Source: Eubacteriales bacterium
Lineage (GTDB): Bacteria > Bacillota > Clostridia > Oscillospirales > QAKW01
Reading direction: 5' to 3'
Assembly (NCBI GenBank): GCA_045541455.1
Contig: JAZQJA010000042.1
Location: forward strand, 26,786 to 90,785
Length of the DNA stretch: 64,000 nucleotides
This document shows, piece after piece, positions 1-9,878 of this stretch. Under the pieces are notes generated by a model. It was not told the origin of the DNA. It did no database searches and saw nothing but the letters and a program-made list of their open reading frames with translations. Each line of letters opens with the position of its first letter. The first letter of the stretch is position 1. Position numbers and translations under genes: made by a program.

Positions 1-542
1 TTTTAAACGACCGTCCCCAAATAATATTTTGTGGTAGGTCAAATGTGGGCAAAAGTTCTATGATAAACTGCTTGCTTCGTAGAAAATCACTTGCTCGTAC
101 CTCTGCAAAACCCGGAAAAACTGCGACTATTAACTATTATGATATTGATGGCAAACTTTATTTTGTTGACCTTCCTGGCTATGGTTATGCAAAGGTTTCT
201 TATGAGGAAAAACGAAAATGGTCGATATTTATGGAAGATTATTTTCGGTTCGACAGTGATAAACGCCTTGCAATATCGGTTATCGACTTGCGCCATGGTG
301 CAAGTGATTTAGATATTGAGATGGGCAGTTTTCTCTATGAATCAGGAATACCTTTTATTGTCGTTGCAACCAAAGCGGACAAGCTTTCCAAAACGGCGAT
401 AGAAAAAAACCTTGCACAACTCAAAGAAATATATAATTTTGAAAATGCAGTTATCATTCCGTTCTCGTCAGAGAAAAAAACAGGCAGGGAAGAGGTACTT
501 TCCGTCATCGAAAGCGTTTTAGGAGATGATGAAAATGCTTAA
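1..542 (+). CDS. engB: Ribosome-biogenesis GTPase EngB/YsxC, 5' end cut by the window edge
   Basis: The frame is open from nt 3. It carries the P-loop GRSNVGKSS, DLPGYG (G3) and TKADK (G4). Confidence 0.85.
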   Translation, partial: LNDRPQIIFCGRSNVGKSSMINCLLRRKSLARTSAKPGKTATINYYDIDGKLYFVDLPGYGYAKVSYEEKRKWSIFMEDYFRFDSDKRLAISVIDLRHGASDLDIEMGSFLYESGIPFIVVATKADKLSKTAIEKNLAQLKEIYNFENAVIIPFSSEKKTGREEVLSVIESVLGDDENA

Positions 543-1194
543 TATTTTGCAAGGTTATCTTGGGGATATTATATATATTGTGCCTATCTCGCTGTTTTCT
601 TTAACAATTCACGAACTTTCACACGGTTTTGTGGCATACAAACTCGGTGACCCCACTGCAAAAGACGCAGGCAGACTTACTTTAAATCCGTTAAAGCATC
701 TTGACCTGATTGGTGTCATTATGATGGTTGTTTTGCGTTTTGGCTGGGCAAAACCCGTGCCTGTAAATCCTCTTTACTTTAAAAACCCCAAAAAAGGTAT
801 GATGCTTACAGCCCTTGCAGGCCCTGTTTCTAACCTTTTAACAGCGTTTGTAAGTTCGTTTTTGTTGGTGCTTTTTACTTTGTTACCTGTTTATCCTTCG
901 TGGTTGTATACAGCACTTTTGCTGACGACCTATTTAAATATCGGTCTTGCAGTATTTAATCTCATTCCTGTCTATCCGCTTGACGGTTCACGAATACTCG
1001 GTTATTTTATGCCAAACTCATTTAACGACTTCTTTGTGCGTTATGGCAATTATATTTATATAGCGTTTTTTCTTTTGGTTGTACTTACCGATTATGTCGG
1101 CAACGCTGTATTCTTTGTGCAAAGCGGTATTAGCAATTTATTTATAACACTCTGGCAATATGTGGTATATTTTATTGTCAGTGTTCTTCTTTAG
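526..1194 (+). CDS. Site-2 protease family (M50) membrane metalloprotease
   Basis: HELSHG (HExxH) lies in a hydrophobic segment. A second motif, NLIPVYPLDG, is present, and the protein is polytopic and hydrophobic. Confidence 0.8.
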   Translation: MMKMLNILQGYLGDIIYIVPISLFSLTIHELSHGFVAYKLGDPTAKDAGRLTLNPLKHLDLIGVIMMVVLRFGWAKPVPVNPLYFKNPKKGMMLTALAGPVSNLLTAFVSSFLLVLFTLLPVYPSWLYTALLLTTYLNIGLAVFNLIPVYPLDGSRILGYFMPNSFNDFFVRYGNYIYIAFFLLVVLTDYVGNAVFFVQSGISNLFITLWQYVVYFIVSVLL

Positions 1195-1202
1195 GAGGAA
1201 TT

Positions 1203-1931
1203 ATGGAACGCCCCACTTTTAAACTTGAGGTGTTTGACGGCCCGCTCGATTTATTGTTGTTTCTCATATCCAAAAATAAAGTGTCTATTTATGATATTCC
1301 TATAGCGCTTATTTTAGAGCAGTATATGGAGTATATTGAAGACCTTAAAAAGATGGACCTTGAGGTTTCAAGCGAATTTATCGAAATGGCTGCAAACCTG
1401 ATGTATATTAAATCCAAAATGTTGCTGCCCAAACCGCCCGAGGACGAGGAAGACCCGCGCGAGTTGCTTGCACGCTCACTTTTGGAATATAAGCGCTATA
1501 AAGAAATTTTAGAGCCTTTGCGTGAACTTAATAAAAAAGCTGGCATTACTTACACTCGAACAATGCAAATCATTGAATTTGATAAAAAACATACTCGCGT
1601 GTATGAACCTGTAAAACTTGAAGAAGCTTATAAATCGGTTATACAACGACTGGAGGTTGCAAAAACATCACCGCTTGGCAATTTCAAAGGAATTGTAGGC
1701 AGACAGATAGCATCAGTGCGTACAAAAATAATAACCGTTTTGCGAATGCTTACTCGCGGTAAGCATGTAAAGTTTATATCGCTTTTCAAACCTGCTAAAA
1801 CCCGCTCTGACATTGTCGCTACATTTCTCGCGGTTTTAGAACTTTCTAAAAACGAGCGGGTATGGATAAACGACTTGGAAAACGAAATATATATCGATGT
1901 TAAAGAAAGGACGAAAGAGAATGGAATTTAA
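1203..1931 (+). CDS. scpA: Segregation and condensation protein A (kleisin)
   Basis: The N-terminal FDGPLDLLLFLISKNKV motif is present, and scpB follows immediately. Confidence 0.85.
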   Translation: MERPTFKLEVFDGPLDLLLFLISKNKVSIYDIPIALILEQYMEYIEDLKKMDLEVSSEFIEMAANLMYIKSKMLLPKPPEDEEDPRELLARSLLEYKRYKEILEPLRELNKKAGITYTRTMQIIEFDKKHTRVYEPVKLEEAYKSVIQRLEVAKTSPLGNFKGIVGRQIASVRTKIITVLRMLTRGKHVKFISLFKPAKTRSDIVATFLAVLELSKNERVWINDLENEIYIDVKERTKENGI

Positions 1932-2481
1932 TTTTATGACCGGTGCTATCGAGTCTATACTCTTTGCAAGCGGCGAGCCCATTGAGGCGGCAAAACTTGC
2001 CCAGACTCTTGAGACCGACATTAAAACACTCGACTCGGTTATAGATGAACTTATTGATTATTATGAGCAAGAGAGTCGCGGTATTACAATACTTAAACTA
2101 AACGATACTTACCAAATGTCGACACGCGGCTTTTATGGTGAAATAACCAAGCGTGCACTTGACCATCGCCGTAACACGCCGCTTTCAAATGCAGCTTTGG
2201 AAATACTTGCGATTGTTGCTTATAACCAACCCGTAACTAAGGGATATATCGAACAAATTCGAGGAGTTGATTGCTTTTACGGCATAAATTCACTTATCGA
2301 AAAAGGTCTGCTTGAAGAACGCGGCAGACTTGAAGCCCCGGGTCGTCCGCGCCTTTACGGTACAACACCCGACTTTTTGCGTTGCTTTGGTATTGATTCT
2401 CTCGATAAATTACCAACGCTTCCACCCATCGATGCCCCGCTGGTTACAGCAGATGACCCACAGCAAGTAATGGAAATATAG
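1921..2481 (+). CDS. scpB: Segregation and condensation protein B
   Basis: The ESILFASGEP motif is present and the gene overlaps the scpA stop. I prefer the ATG at 1921 over the longer ORF start at 1897 because it follows an AAGGA Shine-Dalgarno sequence. Confidence 0.85.
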   Translation: MEFNFMTGAIESILFASGEPIEAAKLAQTLETDIKTLDSVIDELIDYYEQESRGITILKLNDTYQMSTRGFYGEITKRALDHRRNTPLSNAALEILAIVAYNQPVTKGYIEQIRGVDCFYGINSLIEKGLLEERGRLEAPGRPRLYGTTPDFLRCFGIDSLDKLPTLPPIDAPLVTADDPQQVMEI

Positions 2482-2493
2482 GAGGATAAACAA

Positions 2494-2886
2494 ATGGCAG
2501 ACCGTGTTGAAAATGTACTAAATAACACAATTGAGGGTTTAAAAAAGACTATTGATGTTGATAGTGTTATCGGTGCACCTATAAAAATTAACGAAAGCAC
2601 AACCGTAATTCCCGTGTCAAAAGTTGCAATGGGCTTTGTGTCGGGCGGTTCAAGTTTCGGTAAGGATGTTCAGAACATTAAATCTGATAATTTCGGCGGT
2701 GGTGCAGGCGGTGGAATTAAAATTTCTCCGGTAGCATTCCTTGTGATTACTGACGGAAATGTACGCCTTATAAGTGTATCTGATAAACCTGATACTACAG
2801 ATAAACTTCTTTCAAAGATACCCGAGCTTATCGATCAGGTCAGCGGACTTGTTGCACAAAATAAAAAAGACGATAAAGCAGAATAA
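2494..2886 (+). CDS. ytfJ: GerW/YtfJ family sporulation protein
   Basis: The protein is ~130 aa with the VIGAPI...VIPVSKV pattern and a glycine-rich FGGGAGGG segment typical of YtfJ. Confidence 0.75.
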   Translation: MADRVENVLNNTIEGLKKTIDVDSVIGAPIKINESTTVIPVSKVAMGFVSGGSSFGKDVQNIKSDNFGGGAGGGIKISPVAFLVITDGNVRLISVSDKPDTTDKLLSKIPELIDQVSGLVAQNKKDDKAE

Positions 2887-2925
2887 TATTTGACGCCTAT
2901 CAATAAATATTGGTAGGTGACAAAT

Positions 2926-4050
2926 ATGCGATACATACTATCTTTAATACTATCGGCTGTTTTATTAGTAACTGTGCCTTTTGCCTCAAGTGCATACAGC
3001 GCTCGTTCAATGGTACTTATAGAACAAAGCACAAAATCTGTTATTACCCAAACTAATATGCATTCCCGCTTGCCAATGGCGTCTACTACTAAAATAATGA
3101 CAGCATTGGTTGTGTTGGAAACGGCATCTCTAGATACTGTTATTTCTGTTCCTGCCGCCGCAACGGGTGTTGAGGGCTCGTCAATGTATTTGCTGACGGG
3201 CGAAAAATTAACGGTAAGTGATTTGCTTTACGGTCTTATGCTGACATCGGGTAACGATGCTGCAACGGCACTGGCCATATCTCTTTGCGGTGATATACCT
3301 AAATTTGTTGCGTTGATGAACGAAAAGGCAAAATCTTTAGGACTTGAAAATACACATTTTGCAAACCCATCGGGTTTACCTGATGATGAGCATTATACAA
3401 CAGCCTATGAACTTGCAATTTTAACTGCAATTGCATTACAAAATGAAACTTTCGCAAAAATAGTATCCACTAAAACAGCCAAAGTCCCGTATAATAACAA
3501 TCCTGGTGGCAGAACACTTGTTAATCATAACAAATTGCTGTCACTTTATGACGGGGCTATAGGTGTAAAAACGGGCTTTACTAAAAAAGCAGGCAGATGC
3601 CTTGTTGGCGCCGCCATCCGTGACGGTGTCACTCTTGTATGTGTCACCTTAAATGACGGTGATGACTGGAACGATCATATAACTGCGTTTGATTACGGCT
3701 TTTCGGTTGCAAAACAAACTATACTTTGTCAAGAAAACCAATTAGAAATCAAACTTAAAACACCCGACGGTAAAGAAATCAATGCATATAACCGTGATAC
3801 TTTAAAAACCGTAACGGTGGGTGAAAGTCGTGTAGATATGGTAGTAAAAGCCCCGCAGTTTTTGTACCCACCGTTGTCAGCGGGCGATACGGTTGGCAAA
3901 ATAGAGTATTTAAAAGATGGCGAGGTTATTGCTTCAACACCGCTTTATATAACTCAAAACATTGACCCGCCTCCATTTAAAAAAGAACTTTTAATCACAA
4001 AAATTATTAATACTATAAAAGGATTTATAAAATCATTATGGCAGAATTAG
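2926..4050 (+). CDS. D-alanyl-D-alanine carboxypeptidase (S11, PBP5-type), secreted
   Basis: A signal peptide is present, along with the active-site triad of motifs STTK (SxxK), SGN and KTG. The ATG at 2926 follows a GGTAGGTG Shine-Dalgarno sequence. Confidence 0.85.
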   Translation: MRYILSLILSAVLLVTVPFASSAYSARSMVLIEQSTKSVITQTNMHSRLPMASTTKIMTALVVLETASLDTVISVPAAATGVEGSSMYLLTGEKLTVSDLLYGLMLTSGNDAATALAISLCGDIPKFVALMNEKAKSLGLENTHFANPSGLPDDEHYTTAYELAILTAIALQNETFAKIVSTKTAKVPYNNNPGGRTLVNHNKLLSLYDGAIGVKTGFTKKAGRCLVGAAIRDGVTLVCVTLNDGDDWNDHITAFDYGFSVAKQTILCQENQLEIKLKTPDGKEINAYNRDTLKTVTVGESRVDMVVKAPQFLYPPLSAGDTVGKIEYLKDGEVIASTPLYITQNIDPPPFKKELLITKIINTIKGFIKSLWQN

Positions 4051-4763
4051 TACGACTTCAAAAATACCTTGCCGATTGTGGCATTTGCTCGCGCCGTGCG
4101 GCAGAAACGCTTATCGAACAGGGCAGGGTGAAAATCGGTGCAAAAACCGCAGTGCTTGGTGATAAGGTTATGACCGATGCAACAAGTATAAAGGTTGACG
4201 GTGAACAGGTTTACCCGCGAAAAAAAGAATATAAATATATAATGCTGTATAAACCGCGCGGTTATGTTGCTACCGCCAAAGACGAACTTGGCAGAAAATG
4301 CGTTACCGATATTGTGAAAAAAGAGCGTGCCAGACTCTATCCTGTCGGCAGGCTGGACAGGGACAGCGAGGGTCTTCTTATAATGACTGACGACGGTGCG
4401 CTTGCCAATAAACTTATGCATCCGCGTAATCATATCCCTAAAACATATCGTACAATTGTGCGCGGTAATGTCGATGCGAATGTTTTGCACACTCTTACAA
4501 ACGGTGTTTATCTTGAAGAACTTGATTATACTACAAAACCTGCCGATGTTGATGTGCATGAAGTAAGAGAAGACAAAACAATACTTCTTATCACTATCTA
4601 TGAAGGAAAAAATCGACAAATCCGTAGAATGTGTGAGGCAGTTGGACTTGAGATAATTAGGCTTAAACGCGAGAAAATAGGTAAACTGTCAATAGGAACA
4701 CTTAATGCAGGCCAGTATAGAAAACTTACCGAAAAGGAAGTAACATATCTAAAAAATTTGTGA
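4038..4763 (+). CDS. rluB: rRNA pseudouridine synthase, RluB/RsuA family, with N-terminal S4 domain
   Basis: An S4-like LQKYLADCGICSRR segment is present, together with the catalytic GRLDRDSEGLL motif. Confidence 0.85.
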   Translation: MAELVRLQKYLADCGICSRRAAETLIEQGRVKIGAKTAVLGDKVMTDATSIKVDGEQVYPRKKEYKYIMLYKPRGYVATAKDELGRKCVTDIVKKERARLYPVGRLDRDSEGLLIMTDDGALANKLMHPRNHIPKTYRTIVRGNVDANVLHTLTNGVYLEELDYTTKPADVDVHEVREDKTILLITIYEGKNRQIRRMCEAVGLEIIRLKREKIGKLSIGTLNAGQYRKLTEKEVTYLKNL

Positions 4764-4773
4764 GGATAAGACA

Positions 4774-5382
4774 TTGAAAAAGGTAATTACACTGTTTTTA
4801 ATCTGTTTAATACTTGTTCAGACAGCAAGTTGTGACATAATTACAAATGAAAAAAACAGTATAGGAAAATCGGGTAATACTGTTGTAACTGTATATAACG
4901 CACTTAAAGAAAATTTTGTGCTGCGCAAAAAAGAAGGGTATAGTCTTTACGGCGTTCGTATGATAGTAAACAGCGAAAACGTTGGTATGTATACGTACGT
5001 TTATACCGATAAAAAACCTGACAGCCTTAAATATACCGATATTCTTGTTGTAGAAGTGAATAACCGTACAGGAAGAATAGAAAAATTTTCTGCACCGGAT
5101 TATGAAACTTATGAAACTATGCCGTATGATATGATAAAAACCGCAATGCCGATTGATCCGTCGCTTTACGCTATCGATTCTGATACCGCTGTTAAAAATG
5201 CAGCGAAAGCCCATTTCGGCAATAATTTCAACTTTAACTATATAGAACTTTTTTCTTATTACTACCAGGGTAAGCCGGTTTATATTATAAATCATATTTC
5301 ACTTGTAAATGATTGTATCTACCGTAGTGTAGTAGATGTAATGACAGGTGACGTTATTGATAAATCGGTGGAGGAACTTTAA
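4774..5382 (+). CDS. Hypothetical lipoprotein
   Basis: TTG start after a GAGGA Shine-Dalgarno sequence. There is a signal peptide with a lipobox-like LVQTASC. No motif is recognisable. Confidence 0.5.
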   Translation: MKKVITLFLICLILVQTASCDIITNEKNSIGKSGNTVVTVYNALKENFVLRKKEGYSLYGVRMIVNSENVGMYTYVYTDKKPDSLKYTDILVVEVNNRTGRIEKFSAPDYETYETMPYDMIKTAMPIDPSLYAIDSDTAVKNAAKAHFGNNFNFNYIELFSYYYQGKPVYIINHISLVNDCIYRSVVDVMTGDVIDKSVEEL

Positions 5383-5384
5383 TT

Positions 5385-5831
5385 ATGAAAAAAATCATTT
5401 CATTAACGCTTGCTTTAGTTCTTTTAATGTTTTGCGGATGTGCATATAAATCAACGCCGGCAATCAAAATTAAACACGACAGCGTTGAAAAAATTGAGTT
5501 TAAACGCACTGAGTTTTCAACTGACGACCCATTGGCACGCAATTATGTTAAAAAAACTGTTATAAACGAAAATGATATAACATCAATTATAAAATGGATT
5601 GAAAAACTGGAACTTATAAAGCACGAAGCTATTGAAATTCCTGTTGAAGAGGTAAAATACGTTATTACTCTTTGCGGAGTTAAAGACCACACTCTAATTT
5701 TTTATGATAAATATGTGGTTTACGACAATACGGCATTTACTTTTGAAAAAGCCTCTCAACAACAACAGGTGTCTGAAAAATACAATTTGCTAAATTATGA
5801 GGAACAAACTACGGAGCTTGACCTTATATGA
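5385..5831 (+). CDS. Hypothetical lipoprotein
   Basis: Signal peptide with lipobox LLMFCGC. The gene is tightly packed between its neighbours. Confidence 0.5.
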   Translation: MKKIISLTLALVLLMFCGCAYKSTPAIKIKHDSVEKIEFKRTEFSTDDPLARNYVKKTVINENDITSIIKWIEKLELIKHEAIEIPVEEVKYVITLCGVKDHTLIFYDKYVVYDNTAFTFEKASQQQQVSEKYNLLNYEEQTTELDLI

Positions 5832-8593
5832 AAAAATTGTTTTGTCTGATACTTTCAATAACTACTATGTTTTCATTGCTGTGTAATTATAAAATTAATA
5901 CAAGCGCCGCGAGTAACCTTCGCGGCGTTTGGGTGTGTACGGTAAAAAACCTTGACTTTCCGTCAAAAACCGGCCTTTCACAAACCCAACTCAAGTCAGA
6001 ACTTGATGCCATTGTTAATACTTGTGTTGAAAAAAAGCTAAACGCAATATTTTTTCAGGTCCGTCCCAATGCTGATGCACTTTATAAATCTAATATATTT
6101 CCTTGGAGTACAACTTTGTCAGGCATACAGGGTGTAGCACCCGACAATAATTTTGACCCGCTTGAATACATAATTGAAAAAAGTCACGCAAACGGCATTC
6201 AACTTCATGCGTGGATAAACCCGTACCGTATCGGTACCGGCGGTGAAACCGCAGTCAAATCAACGCTTTGCGATACACATCCTGCGGTGTTACACCCCGA
6301 ATATACCGTTACTTGTTCTGACGGAGGGGTTTATTTTAACCCAGCCTTGCAAGAGGTGAGAGATCTCATTACAGACGGCGTTAAAGAAATTGTCCAAAAC
6401 TATAATGTTGACGGTATCCATTTTGATGACTATTTCTATCCCTACGGTGTAACTGATTTCCCCGATTTACAAGACTATGCGTCTTACGGCAAAGATTTTG
6501 CCACTGTGGAAGATTTTCGCAGAAACAATGTGAATTTACTTGTAAAAACTGTTTATAATGTCGTAAAGCAAATAAAAAAGGATGTTGAATTTGGCATAAG
6601 CCCCTTTGGAATTTGGGATAATGCATCGCAAAACCCATACGGTTCAGAAACATCGGGAATGTCGTCCTATTCTCAAATTTACGCCGACTCGCGTGCGTGG
6701 GTTCAAAACGGTTGGATTGATTATATCTGTCCGCAGGTGTACTGGTCATTTGAAAATACTAAAGCCCCGTTTGAAACAGTAGTTAAATGGTGGGATAGTC
6801 TTTGCAGCAGTGCCAATATAAAACTTTATATCGGCCACGCTAATTATAAGGTTGGCACAGACGAGGAAGGCTGGAATGACCCTGACCAAATTTCCCGCCA
6901 GCTGCAACTTACAGATACTCTGTCTTCTGTTTGCGGCAATGTGTTTTTTCGTTACGGAACACTTGATAATAAAGTGAAAATACAAACGGTTGAAACACCG
7001 TCTGTTGTTTCTGAGTCGGTCAATATCGTGTCGCCATCAAGTAATGTTACAACATACGATTCAACTTATTCAATTATGGGCAGCGCAAACCCTAACCATA
7101 CCATCACTGTTAACGGCATGGAAATACCGCTTACAGAACACGGTTATTTCAGTTACTATGCAACGCTTGATTTTGGCAAAAATGTTTTCATTTTTAAAAA
7201 CGGTGATTCATCTAAAACTGTTACAATAACCCGTACAAAAAAAGAAACTGCAGATAATATACATAACACATTTTTTGAAAAGGATAGCGCGTATCCGTTT
7301 GATAATGCGTCGTTCTCGGGTGGGGAAACAATTACATTGTCTGTTCGTGCAAAACAAGACATTAATGTATATGCAAGATTTCTAAAAACTGATTATGCGC
7401 TTACCCAAACAAATGTTAAAGACGGTATGGCCGATTATCAGTGTACCGTTACACTACCACACGCATTTGTTAATGATATTAATTGCGGTTCACTTGTATT
7501 TTTTACAACTGACCAAAGCGGAAAAGAATATACCTATGATGCAGGTACTGTTACAGCGTTGTGCAGACCGATAGAACTTTATACACAATCTGAATGTTAT
7601 ATTTATAATGACTATACAGACGGTTCAATGATGGATAACTACCAACTGCCTCAAGGCACAAAAGTGTCTGCAACAGCATTGGTGGGTGAGCGGTACCGTC
7701 TTGTCAGTAGTAAATGGGTTGATAAGGAAAACCTTGACAATGTGCCACCTGAAAGTGTAGATATTGAATTAGATAAAGAAAAATATACCCAAGTTACACT
7801 TACATTCAATTCAACGCCAACCTTTGTAAGCCGCGTGACAGAAAACGGAGTTCTTGTGCTTGAAACTTATGGCGCAGGTAAACCCAAAATATCTATGGGT
7901 GAACTCATAGACGTTTCACTTATTAAAAACGGATGTGATTACACGTTGATATTTACTAAAGATACGTCTGTTACCGGTTTTTATGTATCGTCAAAAGATA
8001 ATGTTGTCACAGTATATATTTTAAAAACACCGTCGGGAATAGAAGGCAAAACCATTGTAATAGATGCAGGCCACGGTGGTGACGATAAAGGCGCTCTTGG
8101 TCCTGCAGGTGTTGATGGGGTGTGCGAAAACGACTTAAACCTTGCGGTTTCGCAGTTGCTTGCGGCGCGCCTTTCTAAAAAAGGTGTTAATGTCATAATG
8201 ACGCGTAATGACGACTTGACTTTACCGCTTGCTGATCGTGCACCGCTATCACGAAGCCATACACCTGATCTGTTTATTTCTATACATCATAATTCATACC
8301 CTACATCAAGCGATTTTAGTAAAGCCAGCGGAACGCTTATACTCTATTCACGAAATACAGCACTACCGCTCGGAAATGTTATAGATAAATATCTTAACAT
8401 AAATCTGGGTATTGATAGTAAAGGCGTAAATTCACAAAGCCTTAATGTGTGCCGCGACTATCGTTATCCGTGCATTTTAATTGAGTGTGGGTATGTGTGT
8501 AACCCGTCAGAATATGAAAAATTGCTCACTGATGACTATAAAAACACCTTGTGTGACAATATAGTAACGGCACTTTGTCAATATTTTAATTAA
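5828..8593 (+). CDS. Secreted multidomain cell-wall enzyme with an N-terminal glycosyl-hydrolase-like 10 (YngK/DUF187-like) domain and a C-terminal N-acetylmuramoyl-L-alanine amidase (Amidase_3)
   Basis: A signal peptide is present. The N-terminal ~350 aa resemble the YngK-type TIM barrel (RGVWV..., IHFDDYFYP). The C-terminal segment IVIDAGHGGDDKGA...ENDLNL...FISIHHNS is the Amidase_3 zinc-site pattern. Confidence 0.7.
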   Translation: MKKLFCLILSITTMFSLLCNYKINTSAASNLRGVWVCTVKNLDFPSKTGLSQTQLKSELDAIVNTCVEKKLNAIFFQVRPNADALYKSNIFPWSTTLSGIQGVAPDNNFDPLEYIIEKSHANGIQLHAWINPYRIGTGGETAVKSTLCDTHPAVLHPEYTVTCSDGGVYFNPALQEVRDLITDGVKEIVQNYNVDGIHFDDYFYPYGVTDFPDLQDYASYGKDFATVEDFRRNNVNLLVKTVYNVVKQIKKDVEFGISPFGIWDNASQNPYGSETSGMSSYSQIYADSRAWVQNGWIDYICPQVYWSFENTKAPFETVVKWWDSLCSSANIKLYIGHANYKVGTDEEGWNDPDQISRQLQLTDTLSSVCGNVFFRYGTLDNKVKIQTVETPSVVSESVNIVSPSSNVTTYDSTYSIMGSANPNHTITVNGMEIPLTEHGYFSYYATLDFGKNVFIFKNGDSSKTVTITRTKKETADNIHNTFFEKDSAYPFDNASFSGGETITLSVRAKQDINVYARFLKTDYALTQTNVKDGMADYQCTVTLPHAFVNDINCGSLVFFTTDQSGKEYTYDAGTVTALCRPIELYTQSECYIYNDYTDGSMMDNYQLPQGTKVSATALVGERYRLVSSKWVDKENLDNVPPESVDIELDKEKYTQVTLTFNSTPTFVSRVTENGVLVLETYGAGKPKISMGELIDVSLIKNGCDYTLIFTKDTSVTGFYVSSKDNVVTVYILKTPSGIEGKTIVIDAGHGGDDKGALGPAGVDGVCENDLNLAVSQLLAARLSKKGVNVIMTRNDDLTLPLADRAPLSRSHTPDLFISIHHNSYPTSSDFSKASGTLILYSRNTALPLGNVIDKYLNINLGIDSKGVNSQSLNVCRDYRYPCILIECGYVCNPSEYEKLLTDDYKNTLCDNIVTALCQYFN

Positions 8594-8598
8594 AAATA

Positions 8599-8627
8599 TT
8601 GAATTTGCAAAAAATGTTATATATAAT
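8599..8627 (+). promoter_or_regulatory. Sigma-A type promoter of ackA
   Basis: TTGAAT (8599-8604), a 17-nt spacer, then TATAAT (8622-8627), about 30 nt upstream of the ackA Shine-Dalgarno sequence. Confidence 0.6.
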
Positions 8628-8659
8628 ATAGAATTGTAAATAAAATACGGAGGCGCAAA

Positions 8660-9874
8660 ATGAAAGTATTAGTAATTAATGCCGGAAGTTCATCGCTTAA
8701 GTTCCAACTTATTGATATGGACGGCGAAAAACTTATTGCCAAAGGCAACTGTGAATGCATCGGTGAAGACGAAGGCGTTTTCAGTTATAAGGTTGGCGAA
8801 CAGGAACGTACTGTTTTCAAAAAGAAAACAGTAATAAAAGACCATAAAGAAGCATTTAAAATGATTATGCATGAACTTGTTGATGGAGAAGAAAGCGTTA
8901 TTTCTTCTCTTGATGAGATAAATGCAGTCGGACATAGGGTTGTTCAGGGCGGTGACCTTTATGCACAGTCAACGCTTATCACCGAAAAGGTTATTAAAGA
9001 CATTGACGATCTTGCAGTGCTCGCTCCATTACATAATAAAGCACATGTTGTAGGTATACGTGCTTGCGTTGAAGTTTTGGGCGAAAATGTGCCGCAGGTT
9101 GCAGTGTTTGATACATCTTTCCACCAGACAATGCCGGCAAAAGCATATATGTTTGCAATTCCGCATGAGTATTATGACAAATACCATGTTCGCCGCTATG
9201 GTGCTCACGGCACATCTCATAGATATGTAAGTGCTGAGTGTGCTCGACTGATGGGTAAAGACATTTCTGAACTCAAAATTATAACCTGCCATATTGGTAA
9301 TGGCGCCTCAATTACCGCTGTTAAAAACGGTAAGGTTGTAGACACATCAATGGGTCTTACCCCCGTTGACGGTTTTCTTATGGGTACACGCAGCGGCTCT
9401 ATTGACCCGTCGGTTTTAACCTTTATCGCAGAAAAAGAAAATTTAAGTGCACACGATATTGATGTTATGTGTAATAAAAAATCCGGACTTTTAGGTATTT
9501 CCGGTCTTTCAAATGACAGCCGTACAGTTAATGAGGCTGCAGAGCATGGTGATCCTAACAGTGTTCTTGCAATAGAAATGCAACATTACCAGATAATTAA
9601 ATTTATCGGTTCTTATGCGGCAGCTATGAACGGTGTTGATGCAATTGTATTTACAGCAGGTATCGGCGAAAATGACCCGTTGTTACGCCGTAAAGTTTTA
9701 GAAGGCCTTACATATCTCGGTGTTGAACAGGATTACGATGCTAACAGCGTTGCTCACTGTAAAGAAAATACTAAGGTTACAACAGATAATTCAAAAGTTG
9801 CGGCATTTATTATCCCTACAAATGAAGAACTTGTAATCGCGCGTGATACCGTTGAAATCGTAAATAACTTATAA
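8660..9874 (+). CDS. ackA: Acetate kinase
   Basis: The N-terminus reads MKVLVINAGSSSLKFQL. Length and overall pattern are typical of AckA. Confidence 0.95.
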   Translation: MKVLVINAGSSSLKFQLIDMDGEKLIAKGNCECIGEDEGVFSYKVGEQERTVFKKKTVIKDHKEAFKMIMHELVDGEESVISSLDEINAVGHRVVQGGDLYAQSTLITEKVIKDIDDLAVLAPLHNKAHVVGIRACVEVLGENVPQVAVFDTSFHQTMPAKAYMFAIPHEYYDKYHVRRYGAHGTSHRYVSAECARLMGKDISELKIITCHIGNGASITAVKNGKVVDTSMGLTPVDGFLMGTRSGSIDPSVLTFIAEKENLSAHDIDVMCNKKSGLLGISGLSNDSRTVNEAAEHGDPNSVLAIEMQHYQIIKFIGSYAAAMNGVDAIVFTAGIGENDPLLRRKVLEGLTYLGVEQDYDANSVAHCKENTKVTTDNSKVAAFIIPTNEELVIARDTVEIVNNL

Positions 9875-9878
9875 AAAT

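Noticed and set aside
4047-4619. Long antisense ORFs inside strongly supported genes. Examples are 4047-4619(-), 4807-5295(-), 16308-16763(+), 17076-17537(+), 28161-28685(-), 32042-32473(+), 36364-36762(-), 40167-40595(-) and 42204-42959(+).
   Set aside because: They lie opposite genes with unmistakable family motifs (rluB, clpB, hppA, serA, hydA, pheT). Their translations are low-complexity or compositionally odd with no motifs. They are shadow ORFs.
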